The position numbers and the translations under genes were made by a program. A stretch of 64,000 nucleotides of DNA from Epiperipatus broadwayi (Eukaryota; Animalia; Onychophora): the NCBI GenBank assembly GCA_028023455.1, contig JAQFVV010000005.1, forward strand, positions 12,214,001-12,278,000, written 5' to 3'. This document shows, one piece after another, positions 62,994 to 64,000 of this stretch (the first letter of the stretch is position 1; every line of letters starts with the position of its first letter). The notes below the pieces were generated by a model. That model saw only the letters and a list, made by a program, of their open reading frames with translations. It was not told the DNA's origin and did not search any database.

Positions 62994-64000
62994 TCATATA
63001 AATTGTATGAAAAATCCAATAGTGTCATAATCTGTGAAATGACTAGCTTCATGAATTTCTAGAACAGATTTCTTTGAATCTTTAAAGTCACACAAAAGAC
63101 ATTTAAAAACTTCAGAATCATAACAATTCTGAGTGGATTTTTCTTGCTTATTTTGAATTAATGTCAAGGAATGTTGTTTTATATGAGAACAATCTTTATA
63201 ATTTATCACACTACTTTGTGTAAATATTTTGTGAGCACATATGCTACAATCAAAAGATTTTTCTCCAATATGTATTCTGTTATGCTTCATCAACCTATAC
63301 TTTTTAACAGTTTTATAGTCACAGTAGCTGCAATGAAAAGGTTTTTCTCCTGTGTGTTTTCTTTCATGTCTTTCTAAACATTTTATAAAAGCAGTCCTGA
63401 AATCACAAAATGTGCATTGCAATGGCTGCTCTCTTGTATGTGTTTTCTCATGTAGTTTTAGACTGTGTTTGATACTAGTCTTGTAATCACAAAATCCACA
63501 ATGGAAAGGCTTTTCTCCTGTATGGGTTCTCTCATGCTTTCTTAAAGTACAACTGCTACTAGTCCTATAGTCACAAAAATTGCATTGGAAGGGCTTTTCT
63601 CCTGTATGTTTTCTTTCGTGCAATTTCAATAAGTATTTTTCAGTAGTCTTGTAATCACAATGTTTACAGTGAAATGGTTTTACTCCTGTATGTGATTTTT
63701 TGTGTATTTTTAGGCTTCCATTGTCAAAAGTGCTATAATCACAATCAGTGCAGAAGAAAGGCTTTTCTCCTGTATGTTTTCTTTCATGTCTACCTAAAGT
63801 ATTTTTGAAAGCCGTTCTATAATCACAAAATTTGCACTGGAATGGCTTTTCTCCTGTGTGTGTTCTTTCATGTGTTATTAAATTGTTTTTGACAGCTACC
63901 CTATACTCACAAAATTTGCACTGGAATGGCTTTTCACCTGTATGTTTCCTTTCGTGTATTTTTAATCTCATTTTGATATAAGACTGGTAATCACACAAAT
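62994..64000 (-). CDS. C2H2 zinc-finger protein A (5' part outside the window)
   Basis: Open frame to the window edge; 9 canonical fingers, 1 degenerate finger and terminal finger CLLCDFKDSKKSVLEIHEASHFTDYDTIGFFIQFI*. Confidence 0.92.
   Translation of the reverse strand, partial: LCDYQSYIKMRLKIHERKHTGEKPFQCKFCEYRVAVKNNLITHERTHTGEKPFQCKFCDYRTAFKNTLGRHERKHTGEKPFFCTDCDYSTFDNGSLKIHKKSHTGVKPFHCKHCDYKTTEKYLLKLHERKHTGEKPFQCNFCDYRTSSSCTLRKHERTHTGEKPFHCGFCDYKTSIKHSLKLHEKTHTREQPLQCTFCDFRTAFIKCLERHERKHTGEKPFHCSYCDYKTVKKYRLMKHNRIHIGEKSFDCSICAHKIFTQSSVINYKDCSHIKQHSLTLIQNKQEKSTQNCYDSEVFKCLLCDFKDSKKSVLEIHEASHFTDYDTIGFFIQFI

Noticed and set aside
1-64000. The remaining 60-90-aa ORFs in the ORF track
   Set aside because: Low-complexity F/I/L/N/K-rich frames, many with alternative starts, as expected by chance in AT-rich non-coding DNA or within repeats.

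Overview
Very AT-rich (roughly 25% GC by eye), CpG-depleted eukaryotic DNA, most likely from an invertebrate animal; the organism cannot be identified from the sequence. The only convincing host genes are a minus-strand family of C2H2 zinc-finger genes with uninterrupted finger arrays (CxxCDY fingers, HTGEKP linkers). One is a 600-codon ORF at 15.8-17.6 kb. The other three form a tandem trio at 51-64 kb: heavily decayed, frameshifted, and open but cut by the window end. All four share a distinctive C-terminal finger and tail. Most of the rest is a transposon graveyard: decayed RTE-like and other LINE fragments, a piggyBac transposase pseudogene with an exon-like repetitive 3' region, a Merlin-like TIR element with an 8-bp TSD, a solo LTR, several MITEs and two tRNA-derived SINE families. 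Two structures stand out. (1) A 4.5-copy tandem array of a hairpin-rich ~312-nt unit at 33998-35385 has an exact 15-bp TSD and a microhomology-primed 5' inversion, the signature of LINE-mediated TPRT with twin priming of a multimeric or circular RNA. It resembles a retrozyme but has no canonical hammerhead core. (2) A ~3-kb CpG-rich cassette at 19530-22675 is bracketed by apparently identical 137-bp direct repeats and carries decayed convergent ORFs and three hairpins with covarying stems and a conserved loop. All comparisons were done by eye; no database searches were run.
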